Source: Patescibacteria group bacterium
GTDB taxonomy: Bacteria > Patescibacteriota > UBA1384 > 2-12-FULL-50-11
Assembly: GCA_038058635.1 (NCBI GenBank)
Contig: JBBUAP010000004.1
Span: forward strand, 31,196 to 95,195
Direction: 5' to 3'
DNA: 64,000 nt
Under the pieces are notes generated by a model. It had not been told where the DNA came from. It saw only the letters and a program-made list of their open reading frames with translations, and did no database searches. A program made the position numbers and the translations under genes. Positions 43,825 to 53,680 of the stretch are shown here, in pieces. Position 1 is the stretch's first letter, and each line of letters starts with the position of its first letter.

Positions 43825-46767
43825 ATGAAGAATCAGTCTTTTGCTCGCGAATTTGCCAAGTTGAATCCCGAGCAGAAACTAGCGGTGGAAACTATCGAAG
43901 GACCGGTGATGGTTTTGGCTGGTCCGGGTACAGGCAAAACCCAGGTCGTGGCGATGAGAATCGGCCAGATTTTATCTAAAAGTCACGCTAACGCGCGCAA
44001 CATCCTAGCGCTGACTTTTACCGAGGCTGGCGTCACCGCTCTGCGTCAACGGCTAATCGACATTATCGGACCCGATGCTTATCAGGTGACAGTGGCGACT
44101 TTTCACGGCTTTGCCAACGAGGTCATCAGCACTTTTCCCTATGCTTTCGAGCTACCAGCGACAACCAGTAATCTTGACGAGCTAGAAACTCACCAAATCG
44201 TCGACAAGATCGTCCGGGCTCTGCCAGGGCTAGATTTACTTCGTCCGGCTCGTGTCCCCAATCACCATGTGGGGGCAATTATATCAGCTATCAAAACTCT
44301 CAAACAGGAGGCGGTGACACCGTCCGAGCTTCAGAAACTCTCACTTGCCAAAATTGCTCCAAATTCTAAAACTAGCAAAATTGCCATCGAAGCGGCCGAA
44401 CGACAAAAAGCAGTCTTAAAAGAACTTGGGTTGGTATATCGGGCTTATCAAAAACATTTAGCCGAGCGTCAGCTGTACGACTACGAGGATATGATTATCT
44501 TTGTCAGCCGTTCATTGTCGACCAAACTGGAAATTAAACAGTACCTTCAGGAGCGCTATCAGTATATTTTGGTTGACGAGTACCAAGACACCAATAACGC
44601 CCAGAATGCTCTTATTGAAGCCCTGGCCGACTTCTTTGATAAGCCAAATCTCTTCGTGGTTGGCGACGACAAACAGGCAATTTACCGTTTTCAGGGTGCG
44701 TCGGTGGCAAATATGCTCCACTTTGCCAAGAAATATCCCGGCATCAAAACTATTGCTCTGAAAATTAACTACCGCAATCCCAAACTAATCATTGATACCG
44801 CCACTAAATTAATTACCAATAATCAACAACAGCTCTCGTCGTACCTGCAGATTGACACCGGTCTGAAGGCGGCTTCAACCTTAATTAGCCAGCCCCGACT
44901 GGTGACCTTCGCCACTCTCGATGCCCAATACGCCGGTATTACCGAACAATGCCTAGCTCGTATTAAAGAAGGGTCGGCTCCGAGCCAGATCGCTGTCATC
45001 TTGCGAACTAACCGCGAAGTACAGGAATTTCGCGCTGTCGCCCAAACGCTTGGGCTCTCAGTGGCCGGAGCGCCGCCAGCTAGCGGAGGCGCTGATCTGA
45101 TGGGCGAGCCGATTATTCGCGGACTCCTAAATATTCTTCGAGCTCTTAACGAGCCAAGCAACAGCTACCGGATTTTGGCCGCCCTTCCCTATCTCGAACA
45201 TGAGGTGACGGCAATTGAGGTTTCTGAAGCGCTCAATGGTCGTAGCACTAACCGTCCGCTTCTGGACGAGCTTCAGTCTCTTCGTCGTCTAACTGGAGTA
45301 AGCCAAGCTGCCGCTACCTTGCGGGGCTTAATCGTCCAACAAAAATCAGTAGGATTACTCGAACTACTAATGGTTATTATTGGAAAATGTTCTCTGACGA
45401 CGATTGGGGCTGAAAACCGGTCGATCGATCGCCTGGAGATAATTCACGCATTTCTCGATAAGTCTAAGCAACTGCTTGCTCGCCAGCCCGGTCTAAATAT
45501 CAAGGGATTAGTGGAGTACTTTCAGCTCCTGCAGGATTATAAAATCTCCATTCCGGTTAGCCGGGCGGAGAGCGAAACCGAGGGGGTTAAAGTTTCAACG
45601 GTACACGGCGTCAAAGGGTTGGAGTTTAGCACAGTTATTATGGCCAATGTCGGCGCCGATTCTTGGCATACGCGAGCTAACCGTTCGATTATCAAACTAC
45701 CGAGTTCAATTGCCGGAGTTAAAAATTGGCGGGAAGATCAGCTCGAAGACGAACGGCGATTGTTTTATGTTGGTATGACCCGCGCCAAGCAGGAACTGGT
45801 TCTGACCCAAAGTCGCTCGCGAGATAATGGTCTTGAAACTTTGCCAAGCCAATTCGTCACTGAAATTGATAGCGAGCTAAAAAAAGAAGCCGTTGCACTG
45901 ACCCCCAAAGCGACGGAAAAATTACTCAACGACCTACTCTTACCCAACCCGCCAACGATGCTGACTAAAAGACAGGATCAGTACATCAAAGAGAAGATCA
46001 CCACCTCCCCCTTCTCGTATACCCACTATCGTTCGTATCTCGTCTGCCCTCGACGATACTTACTGCGCAATGTTTTAAAACTTCCCGAGCCACCTAGCTT
46101 CGCCCTGCAGTACGGTTCAGCCGTTCATAAAGCATTCGAGCTCTACTTTAAGCAATACACTCAGACCAAGCAGAAACCTGGTAAGGATCGTCTGATTCTG
46201 GGCTTTGTCGAAGCGATTAAACGAGAGCTAACCGGCACTCAACTAACCCAAACGATGAAAAAGGGCACCGCCCTACTCTCTACTTACTTCGACCAAAAGT
46301 CAGCCGATTGGCTGATGCCGGTCGGCGTTGAGTATAGCTTTTACACCCACCACACCATGCTTGAAGATTTGTGGTTGACGGGTAAGTTTGATCGCATCGA
46401 CCCAATCGACCCGATTGCCCGAACAGTTCGGGTGATCGACTACAAGACCGGTTCCAAGCCCAAAACTCGCGGGCAAATCGAAGGCACAACCAAGGATTCG
46501 GACGGTGAGATTAAACAGCAGCTAACCTTCTATGCCCTGCTGGCCAAGCACGATCGCATCTTTCCTTTTAATGTTCGAGAGCTGGTTATTAGCTCGGTTG
46601 ACGACGCTGGCAAATTTACCGACGAGATCTTTACGGTTAGCGCCGACGAAATTATGGCATTAGAAAAAAGTATTTTAGCGACCTATAAAGAAATTGTCGC
46701 CCGGAAAGATTTTCCCCACCTCGGGGAATCGTACGAACGCGGCTGTGAGCTCTGCAGCTTGTTCTAA
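43825..46767 (+). CDS. UvrD/PcrA-like SF1 helicase fused to a C-terminal RecB-family PD-(D/E)xK nuclease domain
   Basis: N-terminal helicase motifs (LAGPGTGKTQV, VDEYQDTN); C-terminal nuclease motifs GKFDRID and VIDYKTGSKPK plus a terminal CxxC (RGCELCSLF). Confidence 0.8.
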   Translation: MKNQSFAREFAKLNPEQKLAVETIEGPVMVLAGPGTGKTQVVAMRIGQILSKSHANARNILALTFTEAGVTALRQRLIDIIGPDAYQVTVATFHGFANEVISTFPYAFELPATTSNLDELETHQIVDKIVRALPGLDLLRPARVPNHHVGAIISAIKTLKQEAVTPSELQKLSLAKIAPNSKTSKIAIEAAERQKAVLKELGLVYRAYQKHLAERQLYDYEDMIIFVSRSLSTKLEIKQYLQERYQYILVDEYQDTNNAQNALIEALADFFDKPNLFVVGDDKQAIYRFQGASVANMLHFAKKYPGIKTIALKINYRNPKLIIDTATKLITNNQQQLSSYLQIDTGLKAASTLISQPRLVTFATLDAQYAGITEQCLARIKEGSAPSQIAVILRTNREVQEFRAVAQTLGLSVAGAPPASGGADLMGEPIIRGLLNILRALNEPSNSYRILAALPYLEHEVTAIEVSEALNGRSTNRPLLDELQSLRRLTGVSQAAATLRGLIVQQKSVGLLELLMVIIGKCSLTTIGAENRSIDRLEIIHAFLDKSKQLLARQPGLNIKGLVEYFQLLQDYKISIPVSRAESETEGVKVSTVHGVKGLEFSTVIMANVGADSWHTRANRSIIKLPSSIAGVKNWREDQLEDERRLFYVGMTRAKQELVLTQSRSRDNGLETLPSQFVTEIDSELKKEAVALTPKATEKLLNDLLLPNPPTMLTKRQDQYIKEKITTSPFSYTHYRSYLVCPRRYLLRNVLKLPEPPSFALQYGSAVHKAFELYFKQYTQTKQKPGKDRLILGFVEAIKRELTGTQLTQTMKKGTALLSTYFDQKSADWLMPVGVEYSFYTHHTMLEDLWLTGKFDRIDPIDPIARTVRVIDYKTGSKPKTRGQIEGTTKDSDGEIKQQLTFYALLAKHDRIFPFNVRELVISSVDDAGKFTDEIFTVSADEIMALEKSILATYKEIVARKDFPHLGESYERGCELCSLF

Positions 46768-46775
46768 CAAAAGAT

Positions 46776-47066
46776 TCAGCCCACAGCTTGGTTGAGGGCG
46801 TTGACTAAAACGGTTTTGCTTTGAGCGCCAACAAAGGAGTTCAAGACCTGGCCCTTCTTTTCGATGATGTAGGTGGGCATGGCGCCAATCTGATACTGCT
46901 CAACCACTGCTTGACTAGAGGGTTCGTCAACATTAACTTTGACGACATTAACTTTGCCGGCAAATTCTTTTTCGATCTCCTCAACAATCGGGTGCATTAC
47001 CTTACACGGCCCGCACCAGGCGGCCCAAAAATCAAACATTGTGATTGCTTCATCTTTTTTAACCAT
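46776..47066 (-). CDS. trxA: Thioredoxin (ORF extends to 47192, but the probable start is the Met at 47066)
   Basis: WCGPC active site (FWAAWCGPCK); the longer ORF would overlap the upstream membrane-protein gene. Confidence 0.8.
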   Translation of the reverse strand: MVKKDEAITMFDFWAAWCGPCKVMHPIVEEIEKEFAGKVNVVKVNVDEPSSQAVVEQYQIGAMPTYIIEKKGQVLNSFVGAQSKTVLVNALNQAVG

Positions 47067-47082
47067 CTTGCTCCCCTCTAAT

Positions 47083-47634
47083 TTAGCTACCAGACTTACG
47101 TAACCAGCTTGAGAGGTTCTTGTCAAATTGTTGCATTTGCACTCTTTTTTCAGCCCAGGCGTACAGGCCGAAGATGCCGAGGGTGTAGCCAAGATCGCCG
47201 ACGAGCATGTTACGCAGGAACGGTAAGCCCATGGCGTACGATTCGATCAGTCCGGTGAGTGTGGGTGGATATAGACGACCCTCCAGCCAAACAGCAAAGT
47301 TAGTTACTAGGAAAAATATCAAAGCGTTGGCGGTGGCCAGCGCAATCAGCTTTTTGGTCGTGACCGATTGCTTCAGAAATCGCTCGGCTAAAAAGACGCT
47401 GAAAATAAAGGAGCCGTAAACGAACGGCATCAATGCGTGAAAGCCCAAAAATAAATCAGTCAGAAATAGAACCATCATCGGCGCCAAGTAGTTCCACGGG
47501 CGGGCTAGTTTAGCGCCGCCGAATAAGGCTGTTGCGCCGACCGGCGTCATATTACCAGGGTGCGGCAAAAGTCGAACGGCGATTGCGCCGATGCTGATGG
47601 CCAGGGCTGTCGGTTTTTTGAAGAGTTCTAGCAT
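47083..47634 (-). CDS. Small 5-6 TM membrane protein, putative vitamin/cobalamin uptake component (ECF S-component or BtuM-like), assigned from context only
   Basis: 183 aa hydrophobic protein between the PduO-type adenosyltransferase and thioredoxin genes in the nrdJ cluster; preceded by its own promoter and a ~150 nt leader. Confidence 0.3.
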   Translation of the reverse strand: MLELFKKPTALAISIGAIAVRLLPHPGNMTPVGATALFGGAKLARPWNYLAPMMVLFLTDLFLGFHALMPFVYGSFIFSVFLAERFLKQSVTTKKLIALATANALIFFLVTNFAVWLEGRLYPPTLTGLIESYAMGLPFLRNMLVGDLGYTLGIFGLYAWAEKRVQMQQFDKNLSSWLRKSGS

Positions 47635-47830
47635 CGGTCTCCCTAAAATATCTTAACTTAGCGCAAAAAGATAGAGTCCCGCTTTGGTATCATCGAGGTG
47701 GTTGTCGTTCGCACAGTGGTATCGAAAGAGATGGGAGGGGGCACACCCTTTCGACACCGCCGCACTAACGAGCTACCTGATTTAGTAACCCTCCTTAATG
47801 TTGGCATCAATGTATCATAAAAGTATATGT
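47635..47830 (-). promoter_or_regulatory. Promoter (TTGACT-17-TACATT on minus strand) plus ~150 nt structured leader of the membrane-protein gene; candidate riboswitch of unknown class
   Basis: Minus-strand leader contains gtcgaaagggtgtgccccctccc and ccactgtgcg (resembling the GCCACTG element of cobalamin riboswitches), but the full consensus was not found. Confidence 0.3.
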
Positions 47831-47833
47831 CAG

Positions 47834-48391
47834 TCAAGAGAGATTGTCGCCAATCTTCCAAATGATGTCAGGGCGGTTGGCAAGGAGATTTAGGTACCGG
47901 GCGCATTGGAAGAAGTAGTCGGATAAGCGGTTGAGGTAACGAGCGATTGGCTCCAACTGACCGGCATTTTCCAGTCGGTGAAAGGCTCGTTCAGCCTGCC
48001 TAATGCCAACTCGTGCCAAATGAATCGCCGATGCCGCTTGGCTGCCACCAGGCAGGATGAAATTTCTCAACTCTGGTAGTTGTTTGTCCCATTCGTCGAT
48101 CCGATGTTCTAACTTACAAGTTTGCTCATCGAGCGTTGCTAAAATTGGGGCGTCTATCGGCGACTCGGCGGCCAAACAGGCACCGACGGCTAGAAAAGTT
48201 GACTGAATCTCTTGTAGTTCGTCAATCAACTCGACTTCTTTCTGGTCAACCATACTGACAGCTTGTCCGATCAAAGCGTTAGTCTGATCTAGTCCGCCAA
48301 GGCACTCAAAGACACTGTCAGTCTTAAGAAGTCTCCTCTTTCCAGGTAGTCCAGTTTCTCCCTTATCCCCTTTTTTTGTGTAGATTGGCAT
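47834..48391 (-). CDS. PduO-type ATP:cob(I)alamin adenosyltransferase
   Basis: MPIYTKKGDKGETGLPGKRRLLKTDSVFECLGGLDQTNALIG matches the PduO/MMAB N-terminal signature. Confidence 0.85.
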   Translation of the reverse strand: MPIYTKKGDKGETGLPGKRRLLKTDSVFECLGGLDQTNALIGQAVSMVDQKEVELIDELQEIQSTFLAVGACLAAESPIDAPILATLDEQTCKLEHRIDEWDKQLPELRNFILPGGSQAASAIHLARVGIRQAERAFHRLENAGQLEPIARYLNRLSDYFFQCARYLNLLANRPDIIWKIGDNLS

Positions 48392-48400
48392 TAGTTAGGA

Positions 48401-48515
48401 ATAAGTCTGAAGTCTAATTTCTGAAGTCTGATTTAAGATTTAAGTATCAAGTCTCAATTACTTTGTACTTGCAATATATTACTTAAATTAGACTTCATCC
48501 TTGTCGCTTTAGACT
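48401..48515. repeat. Intergenic AAGTCT / AGACTT short repeats in both orientations (imperfect long palindrome)
   Basis: gaagtctaatttctgaagtctgatttaagatttaagtatcaagtctc ... ttagacttcatcc...tttagacttattt; same architecture as 1766-1864. Confidence 0.7.
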
Positions 48516-48518
48516 TAT

Positions 48519-51500
48519 TTAGCTGCAGCCCCCGGTAGTTGAGCCGCAGGATAGACAGGTGTAGCAAGTGCCGGTTTTGAAGGTTAACGAGCCACAGCTC
48601 GGGCAAGGCGGCGCATCGGTTTGCTGAAGTTTTCGCGCTGGGATTGTTTCGATTTCCTCCATTGGTGGCGCTACTGGAGGTGCGACAGCTTCTGGGGTGG
48701 CAGTCATGTCACCATTGGTTGGTTCGGACGACTTCGTTGGCACGGGTACGGCGCCAAAGTCGAGCTGCTCCTGGGAACTGGAAGTCTCGCCATCGGCCTT
48801 AATCCCCAGCTCGACCTGACCTTCGGGTGTTAAGAACTTGATGCCGAGGTAGCGAGCAATGTAGTCAATAATTGACTTGGCGATGCGAATTTGCGGGTTG
48901 GTGGTAAAGCCGTACGGTTCAAAGCGGCTGTTAGCAAATTGACGAACAACCATCGTCATCGGGACGCCGTATTGCAGGCCAATCGAAATTGATTTGGCGA
49001 AAGCGTCCATCAAGCCCGAAATAGTACTGCCCTGCTTGGCCATGGTGACGAAGATCTCGCCCGGGGTACCGTCATCAAACAACCCAACGGTTATATAGCC
49101 CTTGTGCCCCGAAATGCTGAATTTATGAGTGATTGATCGCCTTTCGTCCGGCATTCGGCGACGCTTGGGGGCGTAGACAATTTTCTCAACAACCGTCTCG
49201 ACCACTTCAGTTTTATTCTCGAGATCGTCCTTTTTGGTATTGAGCGGCTGGGAAAGTTTGGAGCCGTCGCGATACAAAGCCAGCGCTTTCAGCCCGAGCT
49301 TCCAAGATTGAAGATAAACTTCCTCGACATCCTCGATGGTCGCCTCGTTAGGCATATTAATCGTTTTAGAGATTGCGCCAGAGATGAATGGCTGGACGGC
49401 CGCCATCATTCGGACGTGAGCCAGTGGGGCGATAAAACGCTTTCCCGTTGGCCCGCAACGATTAGCGCAGTCAAAGACCGACAGGTGCTCGTCTTTAAGC
49501 TCGGGTGCGCCCTCAACCGTTTGGGTGCCACATATAATAGTGTTTGATCGGTCGATCTCTTCTTGGCTGAAGCCGAGTCGAGCCAGAAGGGAGAAGCTCG
49601 ACCGGATTTCTTCCGCTTCGGTGATCGCGAGGCGGGCAAAAATTTCCGAGCCCAACACCATACGGTTAAAGGAGAAGGTGATGTCAAACGAGCTTTGTAG
49701 AGTGGTTTCGACCTTGTCGATTTCGTCGGTGGTCAGGCCTTTTGCCGCTAGACTACTGCGATTAATCGGTGAAGAATCGACAAAGGCACCGGTTCCAACG
49801 GCGTAGTCGATGACTGCCTGTTGCTGCTGGCTGGTGTAGCCAAGATTCTTCAGGGCCTGTTTGACAGCAGTGTTAACGATTTTCATCGAGCCGCCGCCGG
49901 CCAATTTTTTGAACTTAACTAAAGCGAAGTCTGGCTCGACGCCGGTGGTGTCACAGTCCATTAACAGACCGATTGTGCCAGTAGGGGCAATTACTGTCGC
50001 CTGGCTATTGCGGTAGCCGAACTGCTCGCCCAGAGCGACGGCTTCGTCCCAATCCTGGTGGGCGGCGGTTAGCAAATCGGTGTGGTCGTAATTAGCACTA
50101 ATGGCGTACGCGGCTTGGCGATGCATTTTCATGACATTTAACATCGGGGCACGATTTTTGGTGAATCCTTCGAACGAACCCTTGACTGCCGCCATCTCCG
50201 CCGAAGTCTTGTAGGCATGGCCGGTCATAATCGCCGATAAAGTGCCAGCAATAACTAAGGCTTCCGGCGAGTCGTAGGCGATCCCTTTCAGCATCAATAA
50301 GGTGCCGAGGTTGGCAAATCCCAGTCCAAGCGGTCGGTAGTCGTGGCTGTTACGGGTGATCGGCTCGGTTGGGTAGCTCGAAAGATCGACCTCAATCTCC
50401 TGGGCGATAAACATAATCTTACAGGCATGGCGGTAGCCCTCGATGTCGAAGTTGCCCATCTCGTCGGCGAATTTGACAAGATTGATCGAGGCGAGATTAC
50501 ACGCACTGTCATCCAGGTGTAAATATTCGCTGCACGGGTTTGAAGCGTTAATCCGACCGGTATTAGGAACCGTGTGCCATTTGTTGATAGTAGTGTCGAA
50601 CTGCACTCCCGGGTCAGCGCACTGCCAGGCGGCGTTAGCAATAGCATCCATCAATTCTTTAGCGCGATAGGTTTTGTGGGGCTCGCCGTTAGAAACATAT
50701 CGGGTCGTCCATTCACCGTCGTTGGCGGCGGCTTCCATAAATTCGTCAGTAATGCGGACGGAGTTGTTGGAATTCTGGCCGGAAACGGTGTGGTAGGCCT
50801 CACCGTTGAAATCCGATGAATAGCCAGCGGCAATCAAAGCCATCACTTTTTTCTCTTCATTAAACTTCCAGTTAATGAAATCCTCAATTTCCGGGTGGGT
50901 CATGTCAACGACGACCATTTTGGCTGCTCGTCGAGTGGTGCCGCCAGATTTGACGGCGTCAGCGCCACGATCAAACACTCTCAAGAAGCTCATCATACCA
51001 CTCGATGTGCCGCCGCCGCTTAACCGCTCATATTTGCTGCGCAGGCGAGAGTAGTTAGCCCCGGTGCCAGAGCCAAACTTGAAGACGCGCGATTCGGTTT
51101 TAAGGAGGTTAAAAATGGCGTCGAGCGAATCCTCTACCGCTAAAATAAAGCAGGCCGAGCACTGGGGGTTGCGATAAGAATCTTTGGTTTCGAGCACTTT
51201 TTCTTGCTCAAAATCCCAGTAGAAACTGCCGCCAGAGCCGGCGATCTTATATTGATGATACAAACCGCAGTTGAACCAAACTGGCGAGTTAAAGGCGGCT
51301 TTCTGATAAGTCAGCAAATGGGTCAGCTCGTCCTCGAAAGTAACCCGATCTTCGTTCGAGGCAAAATAACCAAATTTCTCGCCAAAATCAGCGATAGTGT
51401 GAGCGATGCGGTAAACGGCCTGTTTTAAAGAAACCTCTCTCCCCTCTTTGGTCGGGACGCCGGCCTTGCGCAGATATTTATAAGCTAAAATATCGGTCGC

Positions 51501-51755
51501 TAATTGAGTCCAGGTTGTTGGGACTTCAACATCGGTAATTTGCGAGATAACATTTCCTTTTTCGTCAGAAATCGTGGTGGTTCGTTTGTCCCATTGGACG
51601 GTATCGAAAACAATCTCCCCTAGCTTGGTGTAACGACGAGCAACTTTTAGGCCAAGTTTCTTGGTCGAGTTCTTCTTTTCTGGCAATTCGGCCGAAATCT
51701 CAACGGGTTTTAAGGCGATCTCGCTTAGTAAGTTGTGTTTGTCTTTTTTGGCCAT
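48519..51755 (-). CDS. nrdJ: Class II (adenosylcobalamin-dependent) ribonucleotide reductase NrdJ
   Basis: 1078 aa; the RNR catalytic core motifs are conserved and the C-terminal Cys-rich tail is CPSCGS...CYTCLSCGS. Confidence 0.95.
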   Translation of the reverse strand: MAKKDKHNLLSEIALKPVEISAELPEKKNSTKKLGLKVARRYTKLGEIVFDTVQWDKRTTTISDEKGNVISQITDVEVPTTWTQLATDILAYKYLRKAGVPTKEGREVSLKQAVYRIAHTIADFGEKFGYFASNEDRVTFEDELTHLLTYQKAAFNSPVWFNCGLYHQYKIAGSGGSFYWDFEQEKVLETKDSYRNPQCSACFILAVEDSLDAIFNLLKTESRVFKFGSGTGANYSRLRSKYERLSGGGTSSGMMSFLRVFDRGADAVKSGGTTRRAAKMVVVDMTHPEIEDFINWKFNEEKKVMALIAAGYSSDFNGEAYHTVSGQNSNNSVRITDEFMEAAANDGEWTTRYVSNGEPHKTYRAKELMDAIANAAWQCADPGVQFDTTINKWHTVPNTGRINASNPCSEYLHLDDSACNLASINLVKFADEMGNFDIEGYRHACKIMFIAQEIEVDLSSYPTEPITRNSHDYRPLGLGFANLGTLLMLKGIAYDSPEALVIAGTLSAIMTGHAYKTSAEMAAVKGSFEGFTKNRAPMLNVMKMHRQAAYAISANYDHTDLLTAAHQDWDEAVALGEQFGYRNSQATVIAPTGTIGLLMDCDTTGVEPDFALVKFKKLAGGGSMKIVNTAVKQALKNLGYTSQQQQAVIDYAVGTGAFVDSSPINRSSLAAKGLTTDEIDKVETTLQSSFDITFSFNRMVLGSEIFARLAITEAEEIRSSFSLLARLGFSQEEIDRSNTIICGTQTVEGAPELKDEHLSVFDCANRCGPTGKRFIAPLAHVRMMAAVQPFISGAISKTINMPNEATIEDVEEVYLQSWKLGLKALALYRDGSKLSQPLNTKKDDLENKTEVVETVVEKIVYAPKRRRMPDERRSITHKFSISGHKGYITVGLFDDGTPGEIFVTMAKQGSTISGLMDAFAKSISIGLQYGVPMTMVVRQFANSRFEPYGFTTNPQIRIAKSIIDYIARYLGIKFLTPEGQVELGIKADGETSSSQEQLDFGAVPVPTKSSEPTNGDMTATPEAVAPPVAPPMEEIETIPARKLQQTDAPPCPSCGSLTFKTGTCYTCLSCGSTTGGCS

Positions 51756-51796
51756 TTATTACCCTCCTTTTTATTGCGCGGCAACTAGCAAACAGC

Positions 51797-51840
51797 TTTG
51801 TCGCTGGCGCTCGCTTCTCGTCAAAGACTCGAAGTCAGCA
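51797..51840 (-). repeat. Copy of the conserved intergenic element in the nrdJ 5' leader (same orientation as nrdJ)
   Basis: Minus strand reads tgacttcgagtctttgacGAGAAGCGAGCGccAGCGACAaagc, matching the element at 589-623, 2993-3029, 4754-4786 and 6407-6447. Confidence 0.7.
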
Positions 51841-52380
51841 ATCAGTCGGAACCTGTTTATCGAGCCGCAGAACTTCCCCAGACATCTACAGTACCACTCT
51901 TATCTAGTACCTTGTCAATAGCTAAAATTACGGGGTTTGTACGGGGTTTGTCTGGGCGCTTATTCTATCTCCCTCTGATAGAGATTATATGGGAAACCCG
52001 CCGCACAAGGCGACGGGTTCGAGTTCAGAAAGCAGTGCTTTCCTACACATTTCTAGTAACCAGCCTTAGAAATGTTGCCGATGGTAGGATCCAAGAAATT
52101 AGTGACACTCTACTAAACGCTTCCTTGGGTACCGTCTAGGATTGCTCGGCTAACGCATCCCCGGGGCTTTTCCAGGTGCCGCGATTCCAACTTGCTCTAA
52201 GAGATTTCCTCGCAGTGGAGGCCCTTCAAGAGTTTGTTGTCCGGGTTACCCATGCTGGCGGGCCGGCTATTAATAGAACAAAAGAAGTATACCTCAAACA
52301 CGACGAAAGTCAATGCTTTTCGCATGAAAAATTAGCCTTTAAACTTGCTTAAGACTTTAGTCTCCAGTCTTGGCCGAAAA

Positions 52381-53637
52381 TTACTGTCGTAACTTTCTCC
52401 GGATGAAACTCGGGACATCCAGCTCGTCTTCGTCGGCTGGCTCTTCTTTAAGCTCTGGTCGGTTGTGATTTTTGGTGACGAAGGTGTTGTCGTTCGACTC
52501 AAGTTCCATTGGGAAGGGGTTCTGCCCGTTGGCGCCAGGGGGAGAATACGGCTGTTGAGCCGGCGCTTGGCGACCAAAAAACGGAATACTCGAGGCGGCT
52601 GGGGTTTGGGGCAGGGACAGCGTCGCCCCAAAGCTACTCGGTTCTTCGCTGCCGAAACGACTTCTCTGCTTCGGCGCCGGTTTAGCGATCTCGTTTTCAA
52701 ACCCTGTCGCGATAACGGTCACTTTGATTTCACCGGACATCGATTCGTCAACGGTGGCGCCAAAGATAACATTAGCTTCGGGATCGGCCGCTTCGGTGAT
52801 GGCCTTGGAAACTTCTTCCACTTCGTACATCGTCATATCTGGCCCACCAGTGATGTTATAAAGAATGCCGCGGGCGCCGTCGATTGAAAGTTCCAGTAGC
52901 GGTGAATCAATGGCTTGACGAGCGGCTTCGATCGCTCGGCTTTCGCCAGCGGCGCGGCCAATTCCCATCAGAGCGCTACCAGCATCTTTCATAATCGTTC
53001 GGACATCAGCAAAGTCGACGTTGATAATCGCAGGGACGACAATAATCTCGGAGATACCCTGAACGCCTTGGCGCAAAATATCGTCGACGATGCCGAAAGC
53101 ATCGGTCATCGAAGTTTTCTTGTCGATCACCTGCAGTAAGCGATCGTTTGGAATAATAATTAAAGTGTCAACTTTTTCTCGCAGTTCCTCGATACCAAGT
53201 TCGGCGACTTTCTTACGGCGTAAGCCCTCAAAACTGAATGGTTTGGTTACCACCCCGACGGTCAAGGCCCCAAGCTCTTTAGCGATTTGAGCAATTAACG
53301 GCGCCGCGCCGGTACCGGTGCCACCACCCATACCCGCGGTGACGAAAACCATATTCGCTCCTTTAAGGACTTCGTAAATTTCGTCTTTGTTCTCTTCGGC
53401 CGATTTTCGGCCAACTTCAGTGTCGCTGCCGGCGCCTAAGCCTTGGGTCGACTCTTTGCCGATCTGAACTTTAATCGGCGCGGGGTTGCTAGAAAGGGCT
53501 TGGGCATCAGTATTGATGGCAATAAACTCGACGCCCCTAACTCGAGCGGCGATCATCCGCGCCACGGCGTTACCGCCGGAGCCGCCGATACCACAAACTT
53601 TAATACTGGCGAAGGTGTCGAGCGTGTCTTTGTTCAT
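52381..53637 (-). CDS. ftsZ: Cell division GTPase FtsZ
   Basis: Tubulin signature [10 protein letters not shown] and the N-terminal [10 protein letters not shown]. Confidence 0.95.
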   Translation of the reverse strand: MNKDTLDTFASIKVCGIGGSGGNAVARMIAARVRGVEFIAINTDAQALSSNPAPIKVQIGKESTQGLGAGSDTEVGRKSAEENKDEIYEVLKGANMVFVTAGMGGGTGTGAAPLIAQIAKELGALTVGVVTKPFSFEGLRRKKVAELGIEELREKVDTLIIIPNDRLLQVIDKKTSMTDAFGIVDDILRQGVQGISEIIVVPAIINVDFADVRTIMKDAGSALMGIGRAAGESRAIEAARQAIDSPLLELSIDGARGILYNITGGPDMTMYEVEEVSKAITEAADPEANVIFGATVDESMSGEIKVTVIATGFENEIAKPAPKQRSRFGSEEPSSFGATLSLPQTPAASSIPFFGRQAPAQQPYSPPGANGQNPFPMELESNDNTFVTKNHNRPELKEEPADEDELDVPSFIRRKLRQ

Positions 53638-53680
53638 TTATATAATATAGGGTTGTTATACTTAACTACCGTAGCTCGGA

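Noticed and set aside
47761-47800. TPP-riboswitch-like ACCTGATTTAGTAACC segment on the plus strand
   Set aside because: It lies on the wrong strand relative to the downstream gene and lacks the CUGAGA element and the pairing partner.
51756-52380. Cobalamin riboswitch upstream of nrdJ
   Set aside because: Isolated fragments such as CCACTG and GGGAA occur, but not in the consensus order and no B12 box is present. NrdJ itself uses AdoCbl, so B12-mediated repression would be atypical. Left as an unclassified region pending cmscan.
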